Source: a virus
IMG/VR virus record: IMGVR_UViG_3300042308_001371
Span: 17,766-81,765 of that record
DNA: 64,000 nucleotides
Strand: one strand, 5' to 3'
Shown here: positions 29,440-38,617 of the stretch, in pieces
Layout: every line of letters starts with the position of its first letter
Position numbering within the stretch: the first letter of the stretch is position 1
Program-made: the position numbers and the translations under genes
Notes under the pieces: model-generated
Told to the model about the DNA's origin: nothing
Databases searched by the model: none
The model's input: the letters and a program-made list of their open reading frames with translations, nothing else

Positions 29440-29770
29440 ATTGTTTAGCAGCCTTTAGCATATCCTCATTAACATTAAATATCCCCTCTTTTAACATATA
29501 GTATCGCTGACTATTCTTTCTGTAATCTGGAAAGTGCTTTCCAAAAGTCTGAAAGAAAGTTATTTTCTTAGCTTTCTTTTTAGACTGGTCAGGTTTCCAG
29601 ATAGATCTATAAATAAAGAAAATCAAATAGTTGGGTACAGCTTGAACACCAGATTCAATTCTAAGATCATTAATAAAATCAAGAACATCTCTACTATCTT
29701 GTCTTGGCTTCTTTCCTGACTTAGGCTTTTCTTCTATAAGTTTAAGCAACTCTTCTATTGATTTTCCCAT
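29384..29770 (-). CDS. Hypothetical, possible winged-helix DNA-binding protein
   Basis: 128 aa, basic; IYRSIW...FF..FGK pattern. Confidence 0.5.
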   Translation of the reverse strand: MGKSIEELLKLIEEKPKSGKKPRQDSRDVLDFINDLRIESGVQAVPNYLIFFIYRSIWKPDQSKKKAKKITFFQTFGKHFPDYRKNSQRYYMLKEGIFNVNEDMLKAAKQYDKQHWQNKKAQKKFSAP

Positions 29771-29777
29771 ATAACCC

Positions 29778-30569
29778 TTAAAATGTTAAGTTCATTTTTC
29801 TACTTGTAGATCCCAACTGCTTTTTAATTTTAGACATATTTTCAGGTTTTACATTTCTTTCAAAACGTATACTTAAAGGTGCTGAAATTAAAGGACACTT
29901 AGAATACGTAACAGTAGCATTTCCAAATATACTTGCAATTGATTCAGAATGTGTTTGCTTAAACAACTTCTTACTACATGTAACATTAGCAACCTCATCA
30001 GCATGGCCAGCTTTTACAGCATTATCTCCAAACAACCACAGTTCATTAATGATAGCTGCGTCATAATCAGCTTTAGACATTCCAGACCTCTTCGATGCTG
30101 CATCTGACATTTTAGATAGTAATGCTTGAATATGGGTTAGTCTTGAATTTAACTCTCCGGGAACTTGACCAGAGATACCTGAAACAGATCCTCTGTGACT
30201 CATAAGAGTTCCAGATGGTGTGATATACCTTGCTCCAAGCTCTTGAACAATTTGATATCCCATAGATGCTGCAAAAATAGTAACTGTGTGTATTTTAATA
30301 TTAAGAGCTTTAATAATATCAATAAATTGTAATCCAGCAGTTACAGAACCGCCCGGTGTATCCATAACTAGGTATAGTTCCTTTTCACTAAACGACTTTT
30401 CAATAATTTCTACAGTCTTCTTAGAAACGTACCCATCAGACACCGCCTGATTAAATACTACACAATTCTTTTCATTTAGTTCAATATCTTTAGCATGTAC
30501 CATAGTTGACAATAGGGTTAGACTTAATAAAATTCTAAGCATGAATACTCCATAAAATGAAACAAACAA
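29778..30569 (-). CDS. clpP: ClpP-family (S14) serine peptidase with a putative signal peptide (likely start 30542)
   Basis: DTPGGSV..G, FAASMG (Ser), LMSH (His), WL...A...GHAD; GGAG RBS before MLRILLSLTLLSTMVHA. Confidence 0.8.
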   Translation of the reverse strand: MFVSFYGVFMLRILLSLTLLSTMVHAKDIELNEKNCVVFNQAVSDGYVSKKTVEIIEKSFSEKELYLVMDTPGGSVTAGLQFIDIIKALNIKIHTVTIFAASMGYQIVQELGARYITPSGTLMSHRGSVSGISGQVPGELNSRLTHIQALLSKMSDAASKRSGMSKADYDAAIINELWLFGDNAVKAGHADEVANVTCSKKLFKQTHSESIASIFGNATVTYSKCPLISAPLSIRFERNVKPENMSKIKKQLGSTSRKMNLTF

Positions 30570-30617
30570 AATCGTTTGTAAATAAAATATACTAAATTAG
30601 TAAACAAATAACAAGGA

Positions 30618-30923
30618 TTATTTTATTAAAATAACTCCATTATCAAAACCGCCTCTTTCCAAGCACTTATCTTCTCTTTTTTTAAATACTTCTTCTACAA
30701 TATTTTGCTTAACTACTAAAGCTTTTAAAACTTCTAAAACATCAGCTAACTCTTCTATCAGATTTTCATTACTGGTAGCATTTAATACCTCATTAGCTTC
30801 TTCTACTAATTTATTCTTTAATAATAAAAGCATTTCATCTTCGGAAGCTACTCTAGTAACTAAAGTATCTCCTCTCTCCTTAAATACAAACTCCACAATT
30901 TTATCTCTTACCAACTTTTCCAT
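30618..30923 (-). CDS. MazG-like nucleoside triphosphate pyrophosphohydrolase
   Basis: KLVRDKI, KLVEEA.E, EELAD.LEV, K..ERGGF. Confidence 0.85.
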   Translation of the reverse strand: MEKLVRDKIVEFVFKERGDTLVTRVASEDEMLLLLKNKLVEEANEVLNATSNENLIEELADVLEVLKALVVKQNIVEEVFKKREDKCLERGGFDNGVILIK

Positions 30924-31078
30924 TAAAATAACTCTTTTCCAAGGGATGTTTTTTTTAATTCTATCTCTGCTTCACGAATACTAAGGATCTCTATAGCTTC
31001 TTCTACAGATAAACAATTAGACTCTAGTAAAATCATTAGTATTCGAATATCAGGGATACTAGAAGTAGGAAAGCTCAT
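30923..31078 (-). CDS. Small protein with C-terminal tag TSLGKELF (51 aa, not in the ORF track)
   Basis: MSFPTSSIPDIRILMILLESNCLSVEEAIEILSIREAEIELKKTSLGKELF; start and stop overlap both neighbours. Confidence 0.7.
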   Translation of the reverse strand: MSFPTSSIPDIRILMILLESNCLSVEEAIEILSIREAEIELKKTSLGKELF

Positions 31079-31467
31079 TTCTTATTCTCTCTTCTTGCTA
31101 AAGCCCTATCACCGCTTTCGGATAGACTTTTAGATTTATGACATAGCCAGCATATAGACTGAACATTGTCCTCATCACAGAATAGCCTACTTATGACTTT
31201 ATTCCAATCCTTATCTTTCCCAGAATCCTCTACTGGCACAACTGGATCAATATGGTCAACATCCATTTTACCAGCAATTGCAGAAGGATGCTCAATTTGG
31301 ATATACTCTATAGATCTTTTACCAGTATAGATTATTTGCTCACACAAGGGACACTGGTGTAGCTCTGGACCTATCTTAGTCTTTTTTTTCGCTTTTAATA
31401 TCGGACTCCACTGCTTTGTTAACTTTCTCAACGCTGACATTATTTTTGCTTGGAATCGTTTGTCCAT
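31075..31467 (-). CDS. HNH endonuclease
   Basis: CPLC, DVDHIDPV, NVQSICWLCH. Confidence 0.8.
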   Translation of the reverse strand: MDKRFQAKIMSALRKLTKQWSPILKAKKKTKIGPELHQCPLCEQIIYTGKRSIEYIQIEHPSAIAGKMDVDHIDPVVPVEDSGKDKDWNKVISRLFCDEDNVQSICWLCHKSKSLSESGDRALARRENKK

Positions 31468-31822
31468 CCAGTTTCTCCAGTTTCTTTACTTCAAGTCTTG
31501 GTCTAATTTTTTCTTCGACCTTTAATTCAATCTTCTTCTCACTATGTCTAACAAGTTTATCTTTAATCTCAGTTAGTCCGTAGTCTTGCAGTTGATTGAA
31601 TTGATCAACTTGTGGAAAACTTTTAGAAACGAATGGGCTTCTAAACCAATCACCCACTGTCGCTAAATATAACTGTCCATCATCAGCTTCAATCAATGTA
31701 CCTGAACTATGAGACAGGATAGTTGCTTTCTTAGGAACTACCCAATGCCTAGCTGCAGCATTTAGCGAATCACTATTTACTACTTGATCTAAAGTTACTT
31801 TCATTGTTCTAACTACATTCAT
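31376..31822 (-). CDS. Hypothetical protein
   Basis: 148 aa; GAGG RBS. Confidence 0.55.
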   Translation of the reverse strand: MNVVRTMKVTLDQVVNSDSLNAAARHWVVPKKATILSHSSGTLIEADDGQLYLATVGDWFRSPFVSKSFPQVDQFNQLQDYGLTEIKDKLVRHSEKKIELKVEEKIRPRLEVKKLEKLDGQTIPSKNNVSVEKVNKAVESDIKSEKKD

Positions 31823-31985
31823 CGTTTACCTCTATATAATCTTCGTTATTTGCCAAAATTCTAATATAATGCTCTGTCTCATCAACAGAAAGCTTTCCAC
31901 AACTACAACTTACAAATTGTCCGGGATATGATGAGTAAACTAAATCTGAACATTTTAAACACATGAATTTAGTTTTTTTAAACAT
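31809..31985 (-). CDS. Small zinc-ribbon protein (58 aa, not in the ORF track)
   Basis: MFKKTKFMCLKCSD...FVSCSCGKLSVD. Confidence 0.6.
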   Translation of the reverse strand: MFKKTKFMCLKCSDLVYSSYPGQFVSCSCGKLSVDETEHYIRILANNEDYIEVNDECS

Positions 31986-31987
31986 AT

Positions 31988-32269
31988 CTATCCCTTCTTT
32001 TTAACTGCTCTAAATCCACAAGCAGATTTACATAATTCTAAAAATCCCATGGGTAATTCAGTTATAGAAACTTCGGCTCCACATTTAGGACATTCGTTAC
32101 ACGTATATTTTTTAATCTTTTCAACAGATTTCTCTACTTTAAACACCTTAACATCTTTATTTTTATCTTGCAACAACTTTTTTAGTTTATCTATTTGTTT
32201 TTTTAAATCTTCTATCTCTCTTTCAAGTTCATATTCAATTTCTAAATTAGGCTTTCTTTTTCGTCCCAT
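31988..32269 (-). CDS. Coiled-coil plus zinc-finger hypothetical protein
   Basis: CPKCG...CKSAC; GGAG RBS. Confidence 0.6.
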   Translation of the reverse strand: MGRKRKPNLEIEYELEREIEDLKKQIDKLKKLLQDKNKDVKVFKVEKSVEKIKKYTCNECPKCGAEVSITELPMGFLELCKSACGFRAVKKKG

Positions 32270-32626
32270 ACTACTCTCCTTAGAAAGTAAACTTGATTTA
32301 TTTATACTTCAAATCTGATAGTTCTTTTTCTAAATCTTTTATCCTTTTTTTATATTTAGCTAAAATTCTTTTATTAATAATAGATTGTTTAATAAAAACA
32401 TATGACATAGATATAATAGATAGTACGAGTGAAATTATTAACACTAATCTTCCTTTAATTTCGCTTCTCTTTAACTTCGTACACTACCCCATCAATATAC
32501 ACTATATTTGTTTTAAGGCTAGTTTTAGATACAAATTCCTTAGTTATTACCCATCCGGTAATACCCATCATAATTACAAATGCAAGATACATACCTATCA
32601 GAAAACTATTCGTACATTTAATTAAT

Positions 32627-32887
32627 CTATTCACTAGTTACCTCATCAATAGTTTTTTTCCTAAGTTCATAGTAATCTTGATTAGTTTGCTGCGCAAGCA
32701 TTTTAATAAGATAATTTATAGCTTTTTTTAAATCCTGCTCCCCATTCTTGTGCCTGTATCTAGCAATATACTTAACAACTGCCCCCTGCATATAATCAAA
32801 TCCCATGCCAGTTATAGCATCCCAAACTTCAATAGTTCCATTATTATATCTCGATGGTCTAGCAATTGTTTCTGATTCTTTTGACAT
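32627..32887 (-). CDS. DUF3310-like protein
   Basis: P..Y..G.IE..D.I, G..VKY..R...KNG..DLKKA..Y. Confidence 0.85.
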   Translation of the reverse strand: MSKESETIARPSRYNNGTIEVWDAITGMGFDYMQGAVVKYIARYRHKNGEQDLKKAINYLIKMLAQQTNQDYYELRKKTIDEVTSE

Positions 32888-32898
32888 TAATACACTCC

Positions 32899-33132
32899 CT
32901 ATAAGTTAAGTGTTGAAGCGGATTCATTCAATCTTTGTTTAACCATATCTTCAGATATGTGTAGCAGATCAGCAATGTCTGATACAGATTCCCCACTAAT
33001 ATACAACATGCATACATACCAGTTAGACTCTATAAAATAGTTGGTATCCACTGTTAGTCTAATCTCAGATACGGTGGGATACTTATAAATAATTCTATGA
33101 ATTTTAAATATAATTCTAGCTATTGTTTTCAT
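32899..33132 (-). CDS. sigma70 region-4-like HTH protein
   Basis: YISGESVSDIADLLHISEDMVKQRL. Confidence 0.6.
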   Translation of the reverse strand: MKTIARIIFKIHRIIYKYPTVSEIRLTVDTNYFIESNWYVCMLYISGESVSDIADLLHISEDMVKQRLNESASTLNL

Positions 33133-33461
33133 TATCTTAAAAAGAAATTAAGTATTTGATCTACCATTAAATACATCTCTGCTCCATGTTCTCCGAATAT
33201 TTCAGCACAAACTTCCTCCATTTGATCTGCGGTTAAGCTAGAAGAATTAATACTGCAACACATTACATAAGCATGCATAAGTTCATGTCTAATGTAGTCA
33301 GGAGATAATTCAGATAGCTTAAAGTATATTTCGTGATCTTTGGTATAAGTAATTGCGTGACTATCTGTACCATGCTTCCTATTATAAGTAGAACTAGCCT
33401 GAGCATAGAATTTCCATTCTATACCTTTTATCTTGGCTGTAAAAAATTTAGGCCTATTCAT
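33132..33461 (-). CDS. Zincin-like (HEXXH) protein
   Basis: HELMH plus downstream EE. Confidence 0.65.
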   Translation of the reverse strand: MNRPKFFTAKIKGIEWKFYAQASSTYNRKHGTDSHAITYTKDHEIYFKLSELSPDYIRHELMHAYVMCCSINSSSLTADQMEEVCAEIFGEHGAEMYLMVDQILNFFLR

Positions 33462-33499
33462 TATAGATCTCCACGATCATTTTTAAATTAAAACATATA

Positions 33500-33751
33500 C
33501 TAATATCTATGGTTATGTTTTCTTCTACAGTAAGAAGAGCAGTACATTACAGCATATCCTTTTTTAGTTTCATGTATATAATAATTAGAATTTACATAAT
33601 GAAATACCATAATAGCAGTCTTAGCTGATATAGGCATAACAACTCTAGATGGTGCTTTAATGCTTCTAGAACAGCAGGAGCATAATACCATACCATCTAA
33701 TCTTCTTCTTATCGGCTGATTTACAATCTTTCCATCTATGTTGTAGCTCAC
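33500..33751 (-). CDS. Hypothetical Cys-motif protein
   Basis: CSCC...YCSSYC. Confidence 0.5.
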   Translation of the reverse strand: MSYNIDGKIVNQPIRRRLDGMVLCSCCSRSIKAPSRVVMPISAKTAIMVFHYVNSNYYIHETKKGYAVMYCSSYCRRKHNHRY

Positions 33752-33948
33752 TTTAGCCTTTTAATAAGTTCTTCTGACTCTCCATCTAACTCACCTCTAA
33801 TATACTCCCCAATAACTAATCCGTCAATCCAAAGTATATCCGAGTTTGATTTTACAATTGGAGCTACAAATTCTAAAGCTTTCTTTTTGCTATTAAAAGT
33901 TTTTTGTTTAGGAGTGCAGTCGTCTACGTACAAAACTGTATACTTCAT
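33748..33948 (-). CDS. Hypothetical protein
   Basis: 66 aa; coupled to neighbours. Confidence 0.5.
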   Translation of the reverse strand: MKYTVLYVDDCTPKQKTFNSKKKALEFVAPIVKSNSDILWIDGLVIGEYIRGELDGESEELIKRLK

Positions 33949-33949
33949 T

Positions 33950-34735
33950 TTATTTACTCCTATAAGCTTTTAATGCATCCTGTACAACTTCAGTCTTATC
34001 GAACTCAGATAGAACTATAAATAATTCTTCTGTAGCAAGTACGTCCATTTTGTTGTACAGCTCCATTTCTTTCCATGCAGCAACATTACCTTTACCACAC
34101 TCGTCCCACAGCATGAATCCCGGAAACTTACTATGTGCTAACTTCTTAAGCTTACAGAACTTCTTAGACATCCACTCAAGCTTATTGCTAACAAATTTAA
34201 AATGTTTTTTAGCTAATTTTAAAGTATCTATTTTTTTATAATCACTAGGACTTCCTAGTTTATATTCTAAGAACTTAGCATTGAGCTTTTTAATATCAAA
34301 ACTATCAGAATTTTGACCTATGATGATATCAGCCTCATCCATTAACTTCCAAATAGGCTTTAGTAGTTCCTTTTCTTTTGACTTATTGCCCTTAACATCT
34401 TTATAAAGAACCTCATTAGAATCAATCCACTTAGCACTCCAAGAGAAGATGCCGCCTTCATCTACTATCTGATTAAGGGATATATTTTGATCAAATAACC
34501 CCCAAACCTTAGCAGTCATGGGTTTAGTTTCAATATCTAGAATTAATACTTTTCTAGGTGATTTTTCAATAGAAGAGCCATACACTTCGATGCAATGCTT
34601 TATAGAATCCTGAGTTCTTACATTAGCAGGGTATTTGTCATTAAACTTCCTAGCAATATCTTTTCTAGAAAATCCTCTCCTATGAAGATTTAAAACAAAA
34701 TTAATTTCTTTTGTAAGCCAAGATTTCTTAATCAT
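33950..34735 (-). CDS. DnaQ/RNase H-like 3'-5' exonuclease with an N-terminal HTH
   Basis: LDIET, GQNSDSFD, IDTL, SNKLE, YNKMDV. Confidence 0.85.
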   Translation of the reverse strand: MIKKSWLTKEINFVLNLHRRGFSRKDIARKFNDKYPANVRTQDSIKHCIEVYGSSIEKSPRKVLILDIETKPMTAKVWGLFDQNISLNQIVDEGGIFSWSAKWIDSNEVLYKDVKGNKSKEKELLKPIWKLMDEADIIIGQNSDSFDIKKLNAKFLEYKLGSPSDYKKIDTLKLAKKHFKFVSNKLEWMSKKFCKLKKLAHSKFPGFMLWDECGKGNVAAWKEMELYNKMDVLATEELFIVLSEFDKTEVVQDALKAYRSK

Positions 34736-35031
34736 TCTAGTTCCTTTAATAATCCAGTTTTCTTTTTAATTCTAGACTCGTGGTAATAAGCTTCTATCAT
34801 TCTAACACCAGTTGCCTTAACTGGTAAACAAAAATATGTATAAGGCCTAGCATTACTGGTTATCATAAGAATTTCAAATTCTATATCACTAATCATAACG
34901 TATTCATTTATCTTAAATTTAGGCTTTTTAACCTTCCTATATATCCAATAGTAAAATTGCACGAACTTGTATCCATGCATGAGTATCATATTTAGCGTAA
35001 GTAGTATAGATAGTATAGTAATAGTTACCAT
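34732..35031 (-). CDS. N-terminal TM plus SH3-like domain; C-terminal tag TGLLKELE
   Basis: Hydrophobic N-terminus; PKFKINEYV; tail motif. Confidence 0.65.
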   Translation of the reverse strand: MVTITILSILLTLNMILMHGYKFVQFYYWIYRKVKKPKFKINEYVMISDIEFEILMITSNARPYTYFCLPVKATGVRMIEAYYHESRIKKKTGLLKELE

Positions 35032-35162
35032 TACAACTTACTTCCTAGTAATATTAAAGTCGATATTAAAGTAATTGCTTGAATTAGTATTTGAGCAAGT
35101 TGCAATTTAGATTGTAGTCTTTGAAGTTTAATTCGTTCTTGATGGTAATTATCTTGGTTCAT
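35031..35162 (-). CDS. Small C-terminal-TM protein directly downstream of the endolysin (43 aa, not in the ORF track)
   Basis: MNQDNYHQERIKLQRLQSKLQLAQILIQAITLISTLILLGSKL; ATGA and TAATG overlaps. Confidence 0.55.
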   Translation of the reverse strand: MNQDNYHQERIKLQRLQSKLQLAQILIQAITLISTLILLGSKL

Positions 35163-35581
35163 GGAAGAAATATTCTCTTTTTAGATTTAGGTGGAACAAT
35201 CTGTAAATGTACCCAATTTGTCATCTTTCCAACTGTAGCAGACTTATCTTCCATATACAAGTTATATTTAGCAAGAATTTCAGGAGTTAGCTTATTAGCC
35301 AAAGATTGATTTTTATCATCTAGAATATCAATAGCATTTCCAAGCATATGGTTAGATTTTTTAGCAGCACCCTTAGTAGCAGCATTTACTTCACTTGGAC
35401 GAAACCCAGAAGATACCTTAGCCTTAGATATACCCAATCCACTTAATAGAGCATTTACATGAATTAAAAGAGTTTCCAGATTAGATATTACCTCGGGAGT
35501 GAGTTCTGGATGAACCTCCCTATCTGGGTAAGATCCGGAAGAAGTAACGGCATCCTTTAAATTAATCACTCTATCTCCCAA
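35159..35581 (-). CDS. Peptidase M15 family endolysin
   Basis: SSGFR...N...GA.KS.H..G.A.D and WVH zinc motifs. Confidence 0.85.
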   Translation of the reverse strand: MGDRVINLKDAVTSSGSYPDREVHPELTPEVISNLETLLIHVNALLSGLGISKAKVSSGFRPSEVNAATKGAAKKSNHMLGNAIDILDDKNQSLANKLTPEILAKYNLYMEDKSATVGKMTNWVHLQIVPPKSKKRIFLP

Positions 35582-35787
35582 GTATAGTATCTAACATCAT
35601 CTTGATCAGCATGATCTCCGTCCATCATAAAAGACCATTCATTAAATGGAGGAAGTACGCCTAATTCTTCAAGCTTATCTAGTATTCTTTCAGCATCCAT
35701 ACCTTCCTTATCATAGTCCTCTGGATAATGATTTCCAGTAAGTCGTAAGACATTAACTACATGTTCGATGGCTTCACTTCTCTTCAT
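35566..35787 (-). CDS. Hypothetical protein
   Basis: 73 aa; AAGGA RBS. Confidence 0.6.
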   Translation of the reverse strand: MKRSEAIEHVVNVLRLTGNHYPEDYDKEGMDAERILDKLEELGVLPPFNEWSFMMDGDHADQDDVRYYTWEIE

Positions 35788-35955
35788 TTTATTCCTTCTA
35801 ATAAAGCCGTTGGTGTTTTCAGCACCTATCGGGACGGAAGCTCCGACATGCTTTTGGACGGCATGCTGACCGCTAGGATTTAAGGTTATTCGCTACGGTT
35901 ACAAACTAACAAACTCCCGCCCCGCTAGAAGGTTCCCAAGAACCTACAACAAATA

Positions 35956-36399
35956 CTATAATCTACCTATCTCAGTATACCCCTTACGACTACTAAACTT
36001 ATTAAGATAAGTCTTGTCATCAGAGTTCTCTATCAAGTGTATCTTGCCTGTTCTTTGATTCATGTATATAGGTTGATACTCTTCTTTAGTTCTTACAAGA
36101 GACCTATTACCAGAGTATTCAATACTTAAACCTTGATTCATAAAGGCTTGAATAATCTCATCCTCGATACAAAATCCAAATATATCTCGCAAGATCTCTG
36201 ATTGGAGAAAGTCCTTATCCAGCTTCCAACCTCCAACTTCACCATTAAAATGTTCCATGGCATTCTCAACTGCCCTACTAATAGCTTCTAGGATTTGTTT
36301 TTTTGTTTTAGATACACTTTCAACCTGTAAGTCTCGTTTAACTGTTGCTGACAATACTAGTTTTGTTTGTTTCATTTCATCTCTCCACAATGAGGACAT
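35956..36399 (-). CDS. Hypothetical protein (likely start 36375)
   Basis: GGAG RBS before MKQTKL. Confidence 0.55.
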   Translation of the reverse strand: MSSLWRDEMKQTKLVLSATVKRDLQVESVSKTKKQILEAISRAVENAMEHFNGEVGGWKLDKDFLQSEILRDIFGFCIEDEIIQAFMNQGLSIEYSGNRSLVRTKEEYQPIYMNQRTGKIHLIENSDDKTYLNKFSSRKGYTEIGRL

Positions 36400-36857
36400 T
36401 TGTAATTATCTACTGTAGACATTTTTCCGCAATGGTCACAGCTATTGCTCCACATTTTAGCACAGGCTATAGCAAGTTCGCAAGGGAGTAATTCTTTTGG
36501 AGCATCGTTAATAATTTCGTCACGTATATGCGGATACTTAGCACATACTATAGTGAAGGCATATTGTATGACTAGCTTCTGCCAGAATCTAATTATAGGA
36601 GCAATGTGCTTAAGTGGTTCATTCATTACGTCGAATGACCAAAGCCATTTAGGATATCGACTATACATGTATCCGGGATGTGTGAGTGAGTGTAGAGTTC
36701 CACTACATAAATATAGATTCCATCTAGCCGTACCAAACTTTTCTTTACTATGGACACCAATACGTCCATACTTTCTCATTATAGTATGAGCTTCGTTTAT
36801 AGCTTTATGTAGCGAATCCCAATCAAAGTCTTTATCTCCCCAATAGTGACATGGCAT
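36372..36857 (-). CDS. Hypothetical protein with a C-terminal zinc ribbon
   Basis: KEKFG..R motif; CDHC...CPHC. Confidence 0.6.
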   Translation of the reverse strand: MPCHYWGDKDFDWDSLHKAINEAHTIMRKYGRIGVHSKEKFGTARWNLYLCSGTLHSLTHPGYMYSRYPKWLWSFDVMNEPLKHIAPIIRFWQKLVIQYAFTIVCAKYPHIRDEIINDAPKELLPCELAIACAKMWSNSCDHCGKMSTVDNYKCPHCGEMK

Positions 36858-36876
36858 AATATTCCTTTTGAGTCAA

Positions 36877-37110
36877 TTATAAAAGCTCTTTTTCTAAACT
36901 TGATATTTTTCTTATAAATTCATCCTCATAGCAATAGCACTCATTCACTGGCATCTCGTTAGCTTCCAGATCCAACCATTTAATACTAATAATGCCATCC
37001 CTATAGTCTAATATTAAATAATGCGCATCAGCACTATCGTCAAACCATATATCCCCAACTTCAAAATTCTTCTTTTCCCCATTTTTCATAAATTTCTTTT
37101 TTAACTCCAC
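36877..37110 (-). CDS. Small SH3-like protein; C-terminal tag SSLEKELL
   Basis: FEVGDIW start motif; tail motif. Confidence 0.7.
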   Translation of the reverse strand: MELKKKFMKNGEKKNFEVGDIWFDDSADAHYLILDYRDGIISIKWLDLEANEMPVNECYCYEDEFIRKISSLEKELL

Positions 37111-37255
37111 ACTTAGTACAATCTTCTACAGTAGATATTATAAGTACTGTTTTTTTCCAATTATGGCTACAATACTTCTGCGACCAGTCTGAGTGTTTTT
37201 CTGGAACAGGAGGAGGAGGTGGGTAGTCATCGTCATCATTATCCATGTACCACAT
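37061..37255 (-). CDS. Small zinc-binding hypothetical protein
   Basis: C.H.W...C.KCG; poly-Pro. Confidence 0.55.
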   Translation of the reverse strand: MWYMDNDDDDYPPPPPVPEKHSDWSQKYCSHNWKKTVLIISTVEDCTKCGVKKEIYEKWGKEEF

Positions 37256-37704
37256 TAAAACTCCAGTGCTATACCTAAACCGATTCTTTTAGTAGTGTCC
37301 AATGTTCCAACAATGGATAAATTACCAAGCAGAGGAGATACTGCTACTACTCCAAAATTAGTCTTTTCTGAAAATTTGCCAAGATCTTTTAATGCTAATA
37401 CTCCAATTGTAATATTAGATTTTTTAAATTTAGTCTCCTCTGAATAAGATACACTTGATTGTGAATCAGAAGAACTGTCTTCTTCTATTGTAGTATCTAC
37501 AGTTGAGCTTCCATCAGCATTCGTAGTTTCCTTAGTAGTAGTTACTTTTTTCTTTTTTTCTTTCTTAACTTCAACTTGTACATATTTAATAACTTCTTTA
37601 ACTTCTTGTTTTGGCTGTATCACAAATCTACCAACTAAAAGTGAAATTAGTCCCACTATAAGTAAATTTTTATACTGACTAATATTTTTCATTAAAAATC
37701 CCAA
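37255..37704 (-). CDS. N-terminal TM, charged linker and C-terminal beta-strands ending GLGIALEF (spanin candidate)
   Basis: Hydrophobic LLIVGLISLLVG; K/T/S-rich linker; terminal aromatic beta-signal-like strand. Confidence 0.55.
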   Translation of the reverse strand: MGFLMKNISQYKNLLIVGLISLLVGRFVIQPKQEVKEVIKYVQVEVKKEKKKKVTTTKETTNADGSSTVDTTIEEDSSSDSQSSVSYSEETKFKKSNITIGVLALKDLGKFSEKTNFGVVAVSPLLGNLSIVGTLDTTKRIGLGIALEF

Positions 37705-37719
37705 TAATTTAAATAATCG

Positions 37720-37914
37720 TTATTCGAGTTCTTTTCCTAGAGAGGTTCTTCGCAGTAACTCCTGACCTAATTCTTCATCCGTAAATTCGCTTAATATAGA
37801 GTAGTCTTTTAGATAACCCCAGTACCCATCTATCCCTACTTTATACGTAGTTAGCTTAGGGTACAATTCCTCTAATTCTATCTTAGTCTTTTTTGTTGTC
37901 ATCTTTGTTACCAT
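37720..37914 (-). CDS. Small protein; C-terminal tag TSLGKELE
   Basis: 64 aa; tail motif. Confidence 0.6.
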   Translation of the reverse strand: MVTKMTTKKTKIELEELYPKLTTYKVGIDGYWGYLKDYSILSEFTDEELGQELLRRTSLGKELE

Positions 37915-38182
37915 TTGAAAAAGTTAAGTCTAGCAGCATACATAAAATGACGGTTAATCCCATGGCTGTTAGTAAACTTGCGCCAATTCCCAAATGACCA
38001 GCTTTATACACTGCACCCATAGTTTGACCTACAATAAATCCTAATCCAAGTTTAAAAAAATAAATCATATATCTCCTTATAATAATCTTAGCATAAGAAT
38101 TCTTTAATACGCTCAAGCAGGGATAGCTTACGTACATCCTCAATACAGTACCACATGGTATAATAGAAATACATGCCAGCAT
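37883..38182 (-). CDS. Small 2-TM membrane protein (likely start 38068)
   Basis: AAGGAG RBS before MIYFFKLG. Confidence 0.5.
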   Translation of the reverse strand: MLACISIIPCGTVLRMYVSYPCLSVLKNSYAKIIIRRYMIYFFKLGLGFIVGQTMGAVYKAGHLGIGASLLTAMGLTVILCMLLDLTFSNGNKDDNKKD

Positions 38183-38390
38183 TATTGAATTTCCAACACA
38201 CTTTTACCTGATCAGGCTCAACTATAATAACTTTACCAGTTCCAAGTATAGCTAAAGACTCACATAGCATTTGCTCAAAAGAAGAAGCATTCACTCCTCC
38301 ACGAAGTTGCCAACCATCAAATGCGTCATCAATGTTATGATAAAAATTAAATCCTCTACTAGTCATCTTAACAAGTGCGCCTTTTTTCAT
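38088..38390 (-). CDS. SH3-like hypothetical protein; degenerate tail KLSLLERIKEFLC
   Basis: MKKGALV start. Confidence 0.55.
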   Translation of the reverse strand: MKKGALVKMTSRGFNFYHNIDDAFDGWQLRGGVNASSFEQMLCESLAILGTGKVIIVEPDQVKVCWKFNNAGMYFYYTMWYCIEDVRKLSLLERIKEFLC

Positions 38391-38617
38391 CTTAGCCTAA
38401 CCTCAGTTCCATCAACTTCTATAGTTGGAGTATTTAAGTATTCAATTCCAAGGATTTGCCCATCCTTATCGTAGTCAATATAGTATGCACCAGATTGCAA
38501 TGTTTTGTCAACATGTTCCCCACTCTTTAATTCTCGTAGCGTTACGTAAGTAGCTCCTGCTCTGGAGTCGTAGGTTATTCTCATTTTAAACCTCTCCCAC
38601 TTTCTCACGTGCTTCAT
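38387..38617 (-). CDS. DUF2283-like protein (likely start 38584)
   Basis: MRITYD...A.YV.L ... IDYDKDGQILGIEYLN. Confidence 0.75.
   Translation of the reverse strand: MKHVRKWERFKMRITYDSRAGATYVTLRELKSGEHVDKTLQSGAYYIDYDKDGQILGIEYLNTPTIEVDGTEVRLR

Noticed and set aside
35790-35955. tRNA or tmRNA
   Set aside because: No acceptor stem, T-loop (TTCGA) or CCA end. Kept only as a candidate structured element.
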